DNA of 64,000 bases. It comes from a virus. The position numbers and the translations under genes were made by a program. Shown here piece by piece: positions 17,396-26,862 of the stretch. Position 1 is the first letter of the stretch; every line of letters begins with the position of its first letter. Location: IMG/VR virus record IMGVR_UViG_3300045199_000074, one strand, 5' to 3'. Under the pieces are notes generated by a model that was given only the letters and a program-made list of their open reading frames with translations, was not told where the DNA came from and ran no database searches.

Positions 17396-19601
17396 GTGTA
17401 CAGTCTTCCGTATGGCTGTGTCGAAGCAGAGATGTGGCACTTTTAATCGTACCCTGACAAAGTGGGCATGTGTTTCCCATAGAGGCGACCACTGTATTCA
17501 GTTCGTTTTCCACATTTGTCATTTCGATTTCGGTTTGGGCTAAGTTTTGTTTCGTTTTATGAACTCGTAAGGCTGCATCCTTGATTGATACGATTAGTTC
17601 ATTAGGAGACTTGTTATCTACAAGATCCGGCATAATTGCTGGAAGAGAAGCAAGAACTGCGTCCCTTTCCTTGATCTTTCCCATATAAACACGTGTGTCA
17701 CGAATGGATTTCCCACATTTGATCGCATCATCATTTCTGATGATCTCTGGTGCAGATCGAGGCAGGTTCTGGAGAATGCTCAATGTCTCCGTATTTTTCT
17801 TGATCGTTTTCTCCACATCTATGATGGTCGAAAGCGTTACGTGTAATCGTTGAGTGTCATGAATTTCTGGTTCGACATCAGGCAACATTGTCAAAGCATT
17901 CACAACCTTCTTTTTATGGAAGATGTGCCTTGTATTGTCTTCAATGTTTTGCGCAATGTTCACAAGGCGCTCACTATTGATAAGAGAAGGCCCATTTGCT
18001 GGTAAGTTGGAAAGCGCTTCAATGATTTCTGTTTTTTGAGATACATTTTTAATGGAAGCTCTAATTTTATCCGCAATCTCAACAATTTTGGAATGTGTAG
18101 ATGCTTGAAGTTCCATGCTCTTGACATCATCAACATCAGGCAACTTACTTAACGCGTCTAGTTTTCCTGAAACCAAGGCCTTGTTCGCATCTGCTTTTTT
18201 AAGATTGTCGCAAACAATCTCCATTTTTGATGTTGCATCAGATGTTGCCTGAAATGCGTCAAGCATGCTTTTAGCTTTTTCAATTAAGCGAACGCATTCA
18301 GGTAGCTTGTCCATTTTCTCTAGGCGATCCAGCAATTTTCCCATTTCAGCTTCGCCTTCCTTTACCCTCGCACTATCCAAGGTGCATTGCTCCTTGTGAA
18401 GGGTCAGCATTTTGCGAATATGGCTTGCTTCTTGTCCAACAGAGAGAACCGCTGCGCGCTTTGATGCTGGCTGATTTAGCAGAAAAACAGGCTCTTTTTG
18501 TTTAATCGCGTGAATGTCCATTCCTTCAAGAGGTCCAATCTTGAATTCTGTCATGACCCATTCGGGAACGGCACGTCCACCAGTATTAAAATCTTCGCTT
18601 ACAAGCGAGCCATCAGCGTTTAGATAGCGCCATCGATTAATCGGGTTGCGCTTTACCTGTCTGTCCCATGAAAGGATACGACCACCAGCAAAACCGATTT
18701 CAACTGTACAGATGCGTTCACCCCAACGGATTAGACTATCCCTTGCCTCTCCGTAGAACACGGCACGGAAAGCACGCACAAACGAGCTTTTACCGATATT
18801 GTTCGCACCGACCAGTGCATTGACGCCTGGTGTTAAATGTAAAGTCTCGTCAATATATCCCTGAAAGTTTTTTAGACGAATCCATCGAATGCCCTGTTCT
18901 TCATTGGTCCAAACATGCGGTCTAGGATTGTTTTCAACCCGTACGCCCTCCGGGTGTTCGGGGTGGCCAGAAAGTTTAGCAATCGAAATGTCAGTGTCGA
19001 ATGTCGTCACATCATGATGTGAAACAGCCAGACATTGCACACCAATTTTGCGGGCAGCATCTTTCACAACACCGTAAAATGATGGAACTCGATCCGTCGC
19101 AACCCAGCAATCGCTTTCGTCAAGAAGCAGGAAGCGGCTCATGCCTGAGCGGACAACGCCGATCATACGAAGACCAAGAGATACGAGGTTGGTCAGCGCT
19201 CCACCCTGATCTTCGTAAATGTCTTCCGAGCGATCAACAGAACGTCGCGAAACAATATCGAGCGACGGCTGCCCTCTTTCAATTTGCAGATCGAGACCAA
19301 TTGGCGCTTCATTCTGGAGAACCTCTGTCACAAGGGCTGTAAGTAGCATCTCGTAATTTGAGACCAGACGAGCGTTAGTTTCAGATTGCAATTGTTCCAG
19401 AAAATCACTGACCTTCGCCTTATTTGCCAAGCGACCCTTTGCAACACCTACTTCATTGGTTAGTGTCTCGCGACGTCTGATCAATGACGTTTGTTCGCCG
19501 ACGAGTTCTGCAATTTTTCGTTCGGCAACAGATAAATTATTTCTATAAGACAGCAGGTCGGTAAAATTTACGTTCACTTTAAATGCCATCCTCGATAGCA
19601 T
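17388..19601 (-). CDS. SbcC/Rad50-like ABC ATPase, circularly permuted
   Basis: signature-like DQGGA, Walker B LLLDESD and H-loop VSHH come before RLKNFQ and Walker A GANNIGKSS; coiled coil; C-terminal CPLC hook; start uncertain (19601/19589/19577). Confidence 0.8.
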   Translation of the reverse strand: MLSRMAFKVNVNFTDLLSYRNNLSVAERKIAELVGEQTSLIRRRETLTNEVGVAKGRLANKAKVSDFLEQLQSETNARLVSNYEMLLTALVTEVLQNEAPIGLDLQIERGQPSLDIVSRRSVDRSEDIYEDQGGALTNLVSLGLRMIGVVRSGMSRFLLLDESDCWVATDRVPSFYGVVKDAARKIGVQCLAVSHHDVTTFDTDISIAKLSGHPEHPEGVRVENNPRPHVWTNEEQGIRWIRLKNFQGYIDETLHLTPGVNALVGANNIGKSSFVRAFRAVFYGEARDSLIRWGERICTVEIGFAGGRILSWDRQVKRNPINRWRYLNADGSLVSEDFNTGGRAVPEWVMTEFKIGPLEGMDIHAIKQKEPVFLLNQPASKRAAVLSVGQEASHIRKMLTLHKEQCTLDSARVKEGEAEMGKLLDRLEKMDKLPECVRLIEKAKSMLDAFQATSDATSKMEIVCDNLKKADANKALVSGKLDALSKLPDVDDVKSMELQASTHSKIVEIADKIRASIKNVSQKTEIIEALSNLPANGPSLINSERLVNIAQNIEDNTRHIFHKKKVVNALTMLPDVEPEIHDTQRLHVTLSTIIDVEKTIKKNTETLSILQNLPRSAPEIIRNDDAIKCGKSIRDTRVYMGKIKERDAVLASLPAIMPDLVDNKSPNELIVSIKDAALRVHKTKQNLAQTEIEMTNVENELNTVVASMGNTCPLCQGTIKSATSLLRHSHTEDCTHD

Positions 19602-19875
19602 TTAATTTTGACGTGATGTCATTTAAAATCGCCTCGAAATCATCAACGCGTTTTGTATTTTCTTGATAATTCTCTAGAATTTTTTGACGAATTTCGTCTT
19701 CATTGTCTGTCCCTGCAACAGCAATGGCCTGATCTCTCGCAGCCTTTAAATCGGCTTCAGCGCGTTCCAATTCAGCACTTGTTCGAATTTTTAGATCACG
19801 AAATTTTTCGTATTTCGGACGAAGTGAATCTAAACGCGCAATATTTTCAGAATCTTTCATTAAAATATACTCCAA
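19579..19875 (-). CDS. small coiled-coil protein in the sbcCD-like operon
   Basis: heptad-rich; overlaps the sbcC-like start. Confidence 0.7.
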   Translation of the reverse strand: MEYILMKDSENIARLDSLRPKYEKFRDLKIRTSAELERAEADLKAARDQAIAVAGTDNEDEIRQKILENYQENTKRVDDFEAILNDITSKLNAIEDGI

Positions 19876-19942
19876 TCTATTCGTTAATATCGACTGCTAG
19901 TATTAAATGTCAAAGGAAAAATGTTGATTAATTATTTATAAA

Positions 19943-20572
19943 TTGATTAATATAATGAAATCGAATTATGGAGGCTTAATAATGCTGAACCCCGAGATTA
20001 AAAAAGAGGACAAAGAGCAGATCAATATAAAAAATGAAGCTGACAAAGTCATATTTGATGATCTAATAGGGAGGAAGGAATGGAAAAATAGTAAGCTTGG
20101 CTATCTTAGTGGGGCCTCATTGATTGTTAATAATTTTAAAACAATAGGCAAGACAGCTTCAAATTCTAAATCAAACATAATAACTTTGTGGTCGTCACTG
20201 TTTTCCGATTCTGATATAAAAAGCCTGCCTGATGGAGGGGATGCATCCGAAAGATTCGTAAAATCAATGTCGCTGCACAAAGTAAATGCAAATGATTTAA
20301 TCAGGATTGCCGATAATACTTACAAGTCATTTTATCTTTACCTTTCTCTAACTTTGGTAGGCTTGTCGATTGGGTTTTATTCGTTATACATTTCTCCATC
20401 AAGCGATATAATTTCTTCTTTCAGCCGTTTTATTATTCTTTTTGTTTGTATTCCCTTGATGTTTAAACACTCTTACACAAATTGGATTGTCAGAAAACGA
20501 AAACTCGGAAAAGTCACTGAGTATTTAATGTCATTTGATTTCCTTCCCAAAAAAATAAAGGGCCCCAACTGA
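19943..20572 (+). CDS. IcmV/TraX-like inner-membrane protein (tentative)
   Basis: two C-terminal TM segments, ERF..SM..H.V...DL motif; upstream of the DotA-like gene. Confidence 0.5.
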   Translation: MINIMKSNYGGLIMLNPEIKKEDKEQINIKNEADKVIFDDLIGRKEWKNSKLGYLSGASLIVNNFKTIGKTASNSKSNIITLWSSLFSDSDIKSLPDGGDASERFVKSMSLHKVNANDLIRIADNTYKSFYLYLSLTLVGLSIGFYSLYISPSSDIISSFSRFIILFVCIPLMFKHSYTNWIVRKRKLGKVTEYLMSFDFLPKKIKGPN

Positions 20573-20588
20573 GTGGGCCCCTTTATTT
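20554..20588. terminator. bidirectional terminator
   Basis: aaataaagggccc..gggcccctttattt between convergent genes. Confidence 0.7.
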
Positions 20589-20610
20589 AAAATGTGAAAG
20601 ACTAGACATA

Positions 20611-20856
20611 TTATTCCTTCTTCATATTATCGCACCATGAAAATTTACTCATCGTAGTGTACTTTCGTATTATGTTAGCCTCAAAATATTTTGGGCAATC
20701 TCTGTCAAAGGCCTTCTTTTGTTCTGCCTTTATAGCTTCATTATAAGGTGCTTCGACACGGGCTCTAGCTTCGTCAGCCTTTATGAGATATGGTATTGCG
20801 CATGCAACAGCAACACCTATTATTCCTACGACAACGTAGCTTAATTTATTCGACAT
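20611..20856 (-). CDS. small N-terminally membrane-anchored protein
   Basis: SD AAGGA; hydrophobic N-terminus; paired Cys. Confidence 0.6.
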   Translation of the reverse strand: MSNKLSYVVVGIIGVAVACAIPYLIKADEARARVEAPYNEAIKAEQKKAFDRDCPKYFEANIIRKYTTMSKFSWCDNMKKE

Positions 20857-20992
20857 AGTGAAATCCTTTCTCCAATTTCTTTTACCCTTATATTTTACAA
20901 CATAATTCTTGTCAACATTATTTTCCAATTAATTTTGTTGCATGCAAAATTTAAAGTTAATATTATTATTAATTAATAATACGGAGCTTGAT

Positions 20993-23086
20993 ATGTTCGA
21001 TCTTCTAACGACACCGGGCACTACTGATATCGCCTATGATTGGATCGGAGTGCTGTTCCCAACCAATGAGAATAGCGCTTTTGGCGCAGCTTTCCAAACA
21101 TTTACGTCTATGCTTGGCATGCTTGGAGGTCTTTTTTTAGGTTGGCATGTGATAATAGGCATTGTGTCTTCTGCATATAGTGGAAAAGTTTTGGGGGATA
21201 GATTTCACCAAATTTGGGCTCCGTTACGTGTGGTCATCGGATTTGCAATGCTAATCCCATTGGGAAGCGGCTTCTCTTCGGTTCATTATATATTGAGGGA
21301 TGTTATCGGTAAAGCTGCTGTCAATATGGGGAATGCTCCTATCATAGCATACATCGATCACTTGGCCAAAAATGGTGGTGATGTTAATATGACCTCTATG
21401 GCTGGTACTTTTTTGATTAGAGAAATCATTGAACGAGAAGTCTGTGTTATAGTTCGTGATGCTATTGATAACGTATCGAAACCCCAGCTTCCTAATAGTG
21501 CTGGATTCACGGTTCCAGTGGTAGGTGGCGATTCTGATTCAGCTACTAGACATATTACTCGTTGGTCGTACGGTTCGTGTGGTTCATTCGGGTTTGAGAC
21601 CGTTTATGCCGATACGGGTGTTAAATCAGCGGACAATTCAGCTACAAGTAATCTTAATGTTGCCTACAAAGCTTTCCACGACAAGCGAGCAGTTGCCACC
21701 CAGGAAATGATAGACACACTCCGTTCTCGTGGCTTCACTCCTGAATTGCAAAAGGCACTCGGAGAGTATTTCAGTAAGAAGTCTTATAGTGAGTTAGCTT
21801 CTGCTGGAATTGCTAAGAGTTTGGAGCAAGGTGGGATCACAATTAATGCTGTTGGTATTTTAATGAATGATCTCGGTGCTACTTGGAACTCAAAGGTTCA
21901 ACAGGCAGCACGTGAAATATATAATGCTTCTGCAAGTGAGAGTAAGGACGCTTTGGCGAAGCGTATCGAGACTTATGGCTTCATGGTGGCTGGTACTTAT
22001 GAACGTGAACTATCGAAAATTTCTGGAAACACATCGCGCTTATCGAACGCTATGCCGTTCACTACTATTCCGAATCCTGGTACATCATATATTGATGCGT
22101 ATCGAGCAGCTGTTGACGCGATCTATCTCAATCGTAACCTAGATTCAGATGAGCTTCTCGCAAAAGGTGGTGCAGATATGTCTGATGGAGGTGATGCCTT
22201 AAGTTCATTGATGAATAAAATCATGCCATCAATGGATGTATTGCAAAGGAAATCTCATTTATCTAGTGACCCAGTCGGAGAGATGATATCATTTGGACAC
22301 ACACTTCTCGCATTTGCACAAGTTCTAATTCTGGGCGTATTAGCTGCTGTTTCACTATCTGAGGGAGGGGCTGGTAACGCTGTTGCGGCTTTCTTTGGTG
22401 CAAAGGGCGTCGCTGCTGGTCTGCAATATCTATCTCAATGGATATCATATTTTATTCTGATTCTGATCGTGGTGGGTGTATTACATGCATATATTTTGCC
22501 TATGATACCTATGATCATGGTTTTTGTTATGGGTATATCGTGGTTGGTTTTATTTTTGGAAGCGGCTATTGCTGGCGTTCTTTGGGCTTTTGCATTTATT
22601 CGAATGGATGGTCAAGAATTTTTTGATAGGCATCAAAGCAATGGTGTTAGCCTGCTATTCAATCTATTTTTGCGACCAGCAATTGGGATGTTAGCATTCA
22701 TTGGTGGCATTATTTTGCTCCCAACGATGCTGAGAGCGTTGGATCTGATTTGGAACGATGCATTTTATGCTCAAGCTGGTTCAGCATGGACATTTACAGG
22801 ATTATTCTGGTTGGCAACGAATCTTGTTATGTATTTTTGGTTACAATGGCACCTTACTCTCCGTCTATTCGGATTGGTTCCAACAATTGCTGATCGTGTA
22901 GGTCATTGGATGGGCTTCTCTGGTGGGCATGGTTATAACGATGGCCAAGAAACTACTGCAGCCGTTGGTGCCGCTGTCGCGGCAGGTACCGCAGTGTCGA
23001 AAGCGCCAATTAATCCTCAGGTTAATCTGGATGCGAAGAAAAAGAGAGAAAATGCCCCACCTCCTCCTCATGAAGAGGGGAAATAG
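20993..23086 (+). CDS. DotA/TraY family type IVB secretion membrane protein
   Basis: SAYSGKVLG..WAPLRVVIG..LIP, large periplasmic domain, AYILPMIP, LFLRPAIG, PTIADRVGHWMG; start placed at ATG 20993 after GGAG. Confidence 0.9.
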   Translation: MFDLLTTPGTTDIAYDWIGVLFPTNENSAFGAAFQTFTSMLGMLGGLFLGWHVIIGIVSSAYSGKVLGDRFHQIWAPLRVVIGFAMLIPLGSGFSSVHYILRDVIGKAAVNMGNAPIIAYIDHLAKNGGDVNMTSMAGTFLIREIIEREVCVIVRDAIDNVSKPQLPNSAGFTVPVVGGDSDSATRHITRWSYGSCGSFGFETVYADTGVKSADNSATSNLNVAYKAFHDKRAVATQEMIDTLRSRGFTPELQKALGEYFSKKSYSELASAGIAKSLEQGGITINAVGILMNDLGATWNSKVQQAAREIYNASASESKDALAKRIETYGFMVAGTYERELSKISGNTSRLSNAMPFTTIPNPGTSYIDAYRAAVDAIYLNRNLDSDELLAKGGADMSDGGDALSSLMNKIMPSMDVLQRKSHLSSDPVGEMISFGHTLLAFAQVLILGVLAAVSLSEGGAGNAVAAFFGAKGVAAGLQYLSQWISYFILILIVVGVLHAYILPMIPMIMVFVMGISWLVLFLEAAIAGVLWAFAFIRMDGQEFFDRHQSNGVSLLFNLFLRPAIGMLAFIGGIILLPTMLRALDLIWNDAFYAQAGSAWTFTGLFWLATNLVMYFWLQWHLTLRLFGLVPTIADRVGHWMGFSGGHGYNDGQETTAAVGAAVAAGTAVSKAPINPQVNLDAKKKRENAPPPPHEEGK

Positions 23087-23110
23087 GACTTTCAATAAGT
23101 TGTCTTGATC

Positions 23111-23135
23111 AAAAAAGGCCCTCCGGGGCCTTTTT
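23111..23135. terminator. bidirectional terminator (dotA-like gene / tRNA cluster 2)
   Basis: aaaaaaggccc-tccg-gggccttttt. Confidence 0.85.
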
Positions 23136-23210
23136 CTTATGTATGATTGTGAGGGGCATCTTTTTATGGCCACTTTGTTTAGTTAGTTTTTTAAAATAGA
23201 ATTTAGGTGA

Positions 23211-23285
23211 TGGTACCGCTGAGGAGAATCGAACTCCCATTTTCTGATTGAAAATCAGACGTCCTAACCATTAGACGACAGCGAC
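23211..23285 (-). tRNA. tRNA-Glu(TTC)
   Basis: D arm GTCTAATGGTTAGGAC; TCTGA-TT-TTC-AA-TCAGA; CCA. Confidence 0.96.
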
Positions 23286-23287
23286 AC

Positions 23288-23364
23288 TGGCGGCGATGAC
23301 GGGAATCGAACCCGTAACCTTCTGATCGACAGTCAGATGCTCTAACCAATTGAGCTACACCACC
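23288..23364 (-). tRNA. tRNA-Asp(GTC)
   Basis: TCTGA-CT-GTC-GA-TCAGA; G73; CCA. Confidence 0.96.
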
Positions 23365-23365
23365 G

Positions 23366-23437
23366 TACCGCCAACGGGGTTCGAACCCGTGTCACCGCCT
23401 TGAGAGGGCAGCATCCTAACCACTAGAAGATGGCGGC
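23366..23437 (-). tRNA. tRNA-Glu(CTC), CCA not encoded
   Basis: CTGCC-CT-CTC-AA-GGCGG; only one C separates the discriminator from tRNA-Asp. Confidence 0.93.
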
Positions 23438-23492
23438 TTATCAAGACAACTCGCCGAACCTTTCAGTCAGTTTGTTTGTTCTTGATGATCTA

Positions 23493-23560
23493 TTTATTGC
23501 ATATTAAAAAACTGTCGTCAATATATAAAATTCATTTTCTTTAATATTTTCAATAACTTA
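23493..23560 (-). promoter_or_regulatory. internal promoter of tRNA cluster 2 with upstream motif
   Basis: TTGACG(23521-23516)-17 nt-AATAAA (weak -10, TG extension); TAA-N4-TTGAAA at 23560-23548. Confidence 0.6.
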
Positions 23561-23613
23561 GGTTGATTTCAATAGAAATCCGCTCGCTGCCTTTGGCCTC
23601 GTTAAAACTGCTA

Positions 23614-23667
23614 TCATTTGGTTTTGTCACGTTCTCGTTCGTCGCTATCGTCGTCGCCTTCTGGCAT
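23614..23667 (-). CDS. acidic micro-ORF MPEGDDDSDERERDKTK
   Basis: strong SD AAGGAG; 8/17 residues D/E. Confidence 0.5.
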   Translation of the reverse strand: MPEGDDDSDERERDKTK

Positions 23668-23710
23668 TGACTTCTCCTTTCTTTCTCAATCATTTCGGGT
23701 TGTAACTTGG

Positions 23711-23740
23711 AAAATAAAAAAGGGCCGCAATTGCGACCCA
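23711..23740 (-). terminator. attenuator terminator of tRNA cluster 2
   Basis: GGGTCGC-AATT-GCGGCCC-TTTTTTATTTT. Confidence 0.85.
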
Positions 23741-23796
23741 AAAAAGAAATTACCTATCTTTTTAACGGCCGCGTGCTTGACGGCCGCCGATAACGG

Positions 23797-23862
23797 CTAC
23801 CGCCGGGTGATATCTTCTTCCCGACGTTCTTCAGTACGAATGATTAGTGATATGCCGTTCAT
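23797..23862 (-). CDS. putative attenuator leader peptide MNGISLIIRTEERREEDITRR
   Basis: SD GGAG; GAA GAA CGT CGG GAA GAA GAT block; lies between a promoter and the terminator. Confidence 0.8.
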   Translation of the reverse strand: MNGISLIIRTEERREEDITRR

Positions 23863-23884
23863 TTTTAACTCCAATGTTATGTAT

Positions 23885-23913
23885 GTTTTAAATGACCCTT
23901 TAGAAACAGTCAA
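23885..23913 (-). promoter_or_regulatory. sigma70-type promoter of leader 2
   Basis: TTGACT-17 nt-TAAAAC. Confidence 0.65.
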
Positions 23914-23983
23914 GTTTTTCCATTTTTCTATATGTTATTTCATAGTTTTCTATTACATTCGCCTTGAAAGATTTGAGGTGATC

Positions 23984-25150
23984 ATGAAAATCGACATTGC
24001 AGACCCTGGCATTCATGTAATTGGTGAACTTTTATCTAGCGGCGGGTATCAATCTCGTCTCGTTGGAGGTGCTGTTCGCGATATGCTAATGGGTATGAAA
24101 CCTAAAGATATGGATTTAGCGACCGATGCATTGCCAGAAATCGTAATGGAATTAGCATCTAGACAGGGTTATCGGGTGATACCAACAGGTCTTCAGCACG
24201 GCACTGTGACAATCGTTTATGATGACATCGGTTATGAAGTGACCACTCTTCGAAAAGATGTCGACACAGACGGCCGTCATGCAACTGTGGAGTATGTCAC
24301 CGATTTTGCCGAAGATGCTGCGCGTAGAGACTTCACCATTAACGCTATGTCAGCCTCTGTTGATGGCGAAGTTTATGATTATTTTGGTGGTTTGAAGGAC
24401 CTTGAGGAAGGTCGTGTCCGATTTGTAGGTGATGCACACCAGCGTATTGAAGAGGATTATCTGCGTATCCTGCGCTTCTTTCGTTTTCGAGCTCGGTTTG
24501 GAGGCGAAGAGACCGAACTCGATCTGAAGGCGATCAAAGATAATTCCCACGGCCTTTCCGGCATCTCAGTTGAGCGTGTCTGGAGTGAAATTGATAAAAT
24601 ATTACAATATTCAAATGGTACAGACCAGTTGGCGTTAATGGCCGATTTGGGTGTTGCCCAGGTTGTCGGCCTCCCGATTGACGAAGACAACATCACAATT
24701 GCGCGTGATGCAAGGGAGTTTGGCGCTCGTTCATCTGTGATGTTGGGCATTCTGGCAGGAAATGAAGATTATGCTGGAAGTCTTGCAACGCGCTGGAAGT
24801 TGTCCAATTCCGAGATGAAAGATGCAGTCTTGGCGTCTCAAATCATTGCTATTTCCGAATACGAACCCCATTACTGGATGACTCAGGCAGTAAACGGTCT
24901 TGATCCCACTGTTGCATGTCCTATTCTGTCTGCAATTGGTGCTCATGAAGCTGCAAAGGCTTTGTCTGGAGATATTCCCGTTTTCCCTCTTAAGGGGCGT
25001 GATCTCATTGGTTTAGTCGATAAAGGACCGACGATGGGAGCTGTTTTACGTGATGCCAACTCAAAGTGGATTGACTCCGGATTTAAGCTTACAAAAGAAG
25101 AGCTCATTGCCGATATTGTTAATGTTGGCCCAACTGTTGGTAGGCTGTAA
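23984..25150 (+). CDS. cca: CCA-adding tRNA nucleotidyltransferase (class II)
   Basis: VGGAVRD, KDMDLAT, EVTTLR.D, DAARRDFTINA, EDYLRILRFFRF; start ATG 23984 after GAGGTG. Confidence 0.93.
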   Translation: MKIDIADPGIHVIGELLSSGGYQSRLVGGAVRDMLMGMKPKDMDLATDALPEIVMELASRQGYRVIPTGLQHGTVTIVYDDIGYEVTTLRKDVDTDGRHATVEYVTDFAEDAARRDFTINAMSASVDGEVYDYFGGLKDLEEGRVRFVGDAHQRIEEDYLRILRFFRFRARFGGEETELDLKAIKDNSHGLSGISVERVWSEIDKILQYSNGTDQLALMADLGVAQVVGLPIDEDNITIARDAREFGARSSVMLGILAGNEDYAGSLATRWKLSNSEMKDAVLASQIIAISEYEPHYWMTQAVNGLDPTVACPILSAIGAHEAAKALSGDIPVFPLKGRDLIGLVDKGPTMGAVLRDANSKWIDSGFKLTKEELIADIVNVGPTVGRL

Positions 25151-25434
25151 TGGCGCTTAAACTTAAAAAGCCCAGTTCTAAGCCGAAAGACCAGGATGAT
25201 GAGCCTTCATTTAATCCACCGAATAATTCATGTGGTATAACTCCAGCAGTTAAATTGGGGGGTCGTAGGTTCCCGCCACCACCTCTAGGAAGTGGATTCT
25301 CTGAATTTTTAGACTGGTCTTCAGATGAGAGCCTTTGTCCAACTCCTGAACAGGAGATTTTAGCATTTAATTTATGGATCGGAATTGATATCGAAGATGT
25401 TAATCCTGATCCGACATCATCAATAAAAATGTAG
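25150..25434 (+). CDS. hypothetical protein
   Basis: start overlaps the cca stop (TAATG). Confidence 0.65.
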   Translation: MALKLKKPSSKPKDQDDEPSFNPPNNSCGITPAVKLGGRRFPPPPLGSGFSEFLDWSSDESLCPTPEQEILAFNLWIGIDIEDVNPDPTSSIKM

Positions 25435-25545
25435 ACGAGAGTGCGTTTTAAGCAGTTTTTATTTGCGATTTAAAATCTCATTATCTATTGTTGTTTTATA
25501 ATTAATAATTGCCCCTTTAATTTGGCTTGGGAGATAAAGCCTGGT

Positions 25546-26073
25546 ATGTCTATTTTAGATATATGGAAAAAATCCGCTTTAATAGATGTTGAAGCTAGCG
25601 GTTTAATGCAAGGTTCATTTCCTGTTGAAGTTGGCTGGCTTGTTGATGACGTTTTTGGTCACATGGTGATAGACCCATCGAAGCATTGGGATACATCAAA
25701 ATGGGACTCTGATGCGGAGACAATGCATGGTCTTTCTCTGCATTGGCTTTCAATGAAGGGTGTTCACCCAGTTCGTGTGGCCTCCCGATTGAACCTTTCT
25801 TTTAAAGGCAAAAAAGTATTTTCAGATTCTCCTGATGCTGATTTGAATTGGCTTAATGAACTTCATCGTGCCGCTAATGTGAAAAGAGAGTATGAAGTTG
25901 AAAGTATTGGTAAACTGCTCGGCTATTTAGGAGTTAAGGCTGAGAAAGCTTATGATATTTTTGACCAGGTTCAAGAAATAATGCCGTCAAGAGGTCGTGC
26001 TCTGGTGGGTGTCAGGTATCTAAAAACGGTAGTTGACTGTGCTATTCGTGAGGTTGGCGGGAATGAAGTATAA
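25546..26073 (+). CDS. DEDD-type 3'-5' exonuclease-like protein
   Basis: IDVEASGL..FPVEVGW, AETMHGL, SDSPDAD; last acidic/His motif appears degenerate. Confidence 0.7.
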   Translation: MSILDIWKKSALIDVEASGLMQGSFPVEVGWLVDDVFGHMVIDPSKHWDTSKWDSDAETMHGLSLHWLSMKGVHPVRVASRLNLSFKGKKVFSDSPDADLNWLNELHRAANVKREYEVESIGKLLGYLGVKAEKAYDIFDQVQEIMPSRGRALVGVRYLKTVVDCAIREVGGNEV

Positions 26074-26365
26074 TTTTGTGATAGTTCTGCTGCTTCTCAC
26101 GTCGTTTTCTTCGGTTAGCTTTGCTCAACATAAAATAACGATTACACGTGTAGAATCACTTCGCGCTGCTCCATCGGTTGGTGTTTCTCGCGATTCACTT
26201 GAAAACATCCCTGGGACTGTTCTTGCTCCAATAGATTCAAAGCCAATGCGTCCTATTCCTGAATATGTTTACTCATTCAGGTCTATTGGTAATATTCCGA
26301 TGCCGTCTCCAAATCCATTACGCGTCGAATTTTGCGAGGTTGATATCTATCCGTTTGAAGAATGA
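26063..26365 (+). CDS. hypothetical exported protein
   Basis: signal peptide ending SFA. Confidence 0.6.
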   Translation: MKYNFVIVLLLLTSFSSVSFAQHKITITRVESLRAAPSVGVSRDSLENIPGTVLAPIDSKPMRPIPEYVYSFRSIGNIPMPSPNPLRVEFCEVDIYPFEE

Positions 26366-26408
26366 TGTGCAGTTAAATACAAATTTTGAAAATTAGGATT
26401 AACCGTAA

Positions 26409-26756
26409 ATGTCGCTATCGTATGAAATAATTGGAAATGTTGTCGTAAAAAATAGAACTAGTGGGCGACAAGACTATGTTTGCCATCTAGGGGATAATAT
26501 TTCAGTTGGCATCGATCAATCTGATGGCCAGCTTATTGCCCATGGAGATATAACTAATGTTGCGAGAATTATTCAGACCGCTGAAAATTATGCTCAAAAC
26601 GCATCTTCTGATGCTGGTATCAGTGTTGATTTAACTATTGTAAGCTTTCCTGCAACAGAAGAAACTGTTCTCGCCCTGAACAATGCTGTTAATGGTGTTG
26701 AAAACATTGATGCTCTGTTTGATACGGCGTATCGGGACAGCTTAGCCTTCAGGTGA
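26409..26756 (+). CDS. hypothetical protein
   Basis: SD AGGA; 115-aa ORF. Confidence 0.7.
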   Translation: MSLSYEIIGNVVVKNRTSGRQDYVCHLGDNISVGIDQSDGQLIAHGDITNVARIIQTAENYAQNASSDAGISVDLTIVSFPATEETVLALNNAVNGVENIDALFDTAYRDSLAFR

Positions 26757-26862
26757 TGTGTAGTTATTATTGTAACTTCGCATTTTTATTAATTTAGTCC
26801 ACTTTTGTTGTTGATTATTTATTTATTATCGATATATTGGCCTCGAATAATAGGAGCCGATA

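Noticed and set aside
23618-23983. 122-aa N-terminal extension of the CCA enzyme
   Set aside because: It is antisense to the leader/attenuator region; the start with SD and family homology is ATG 23984.
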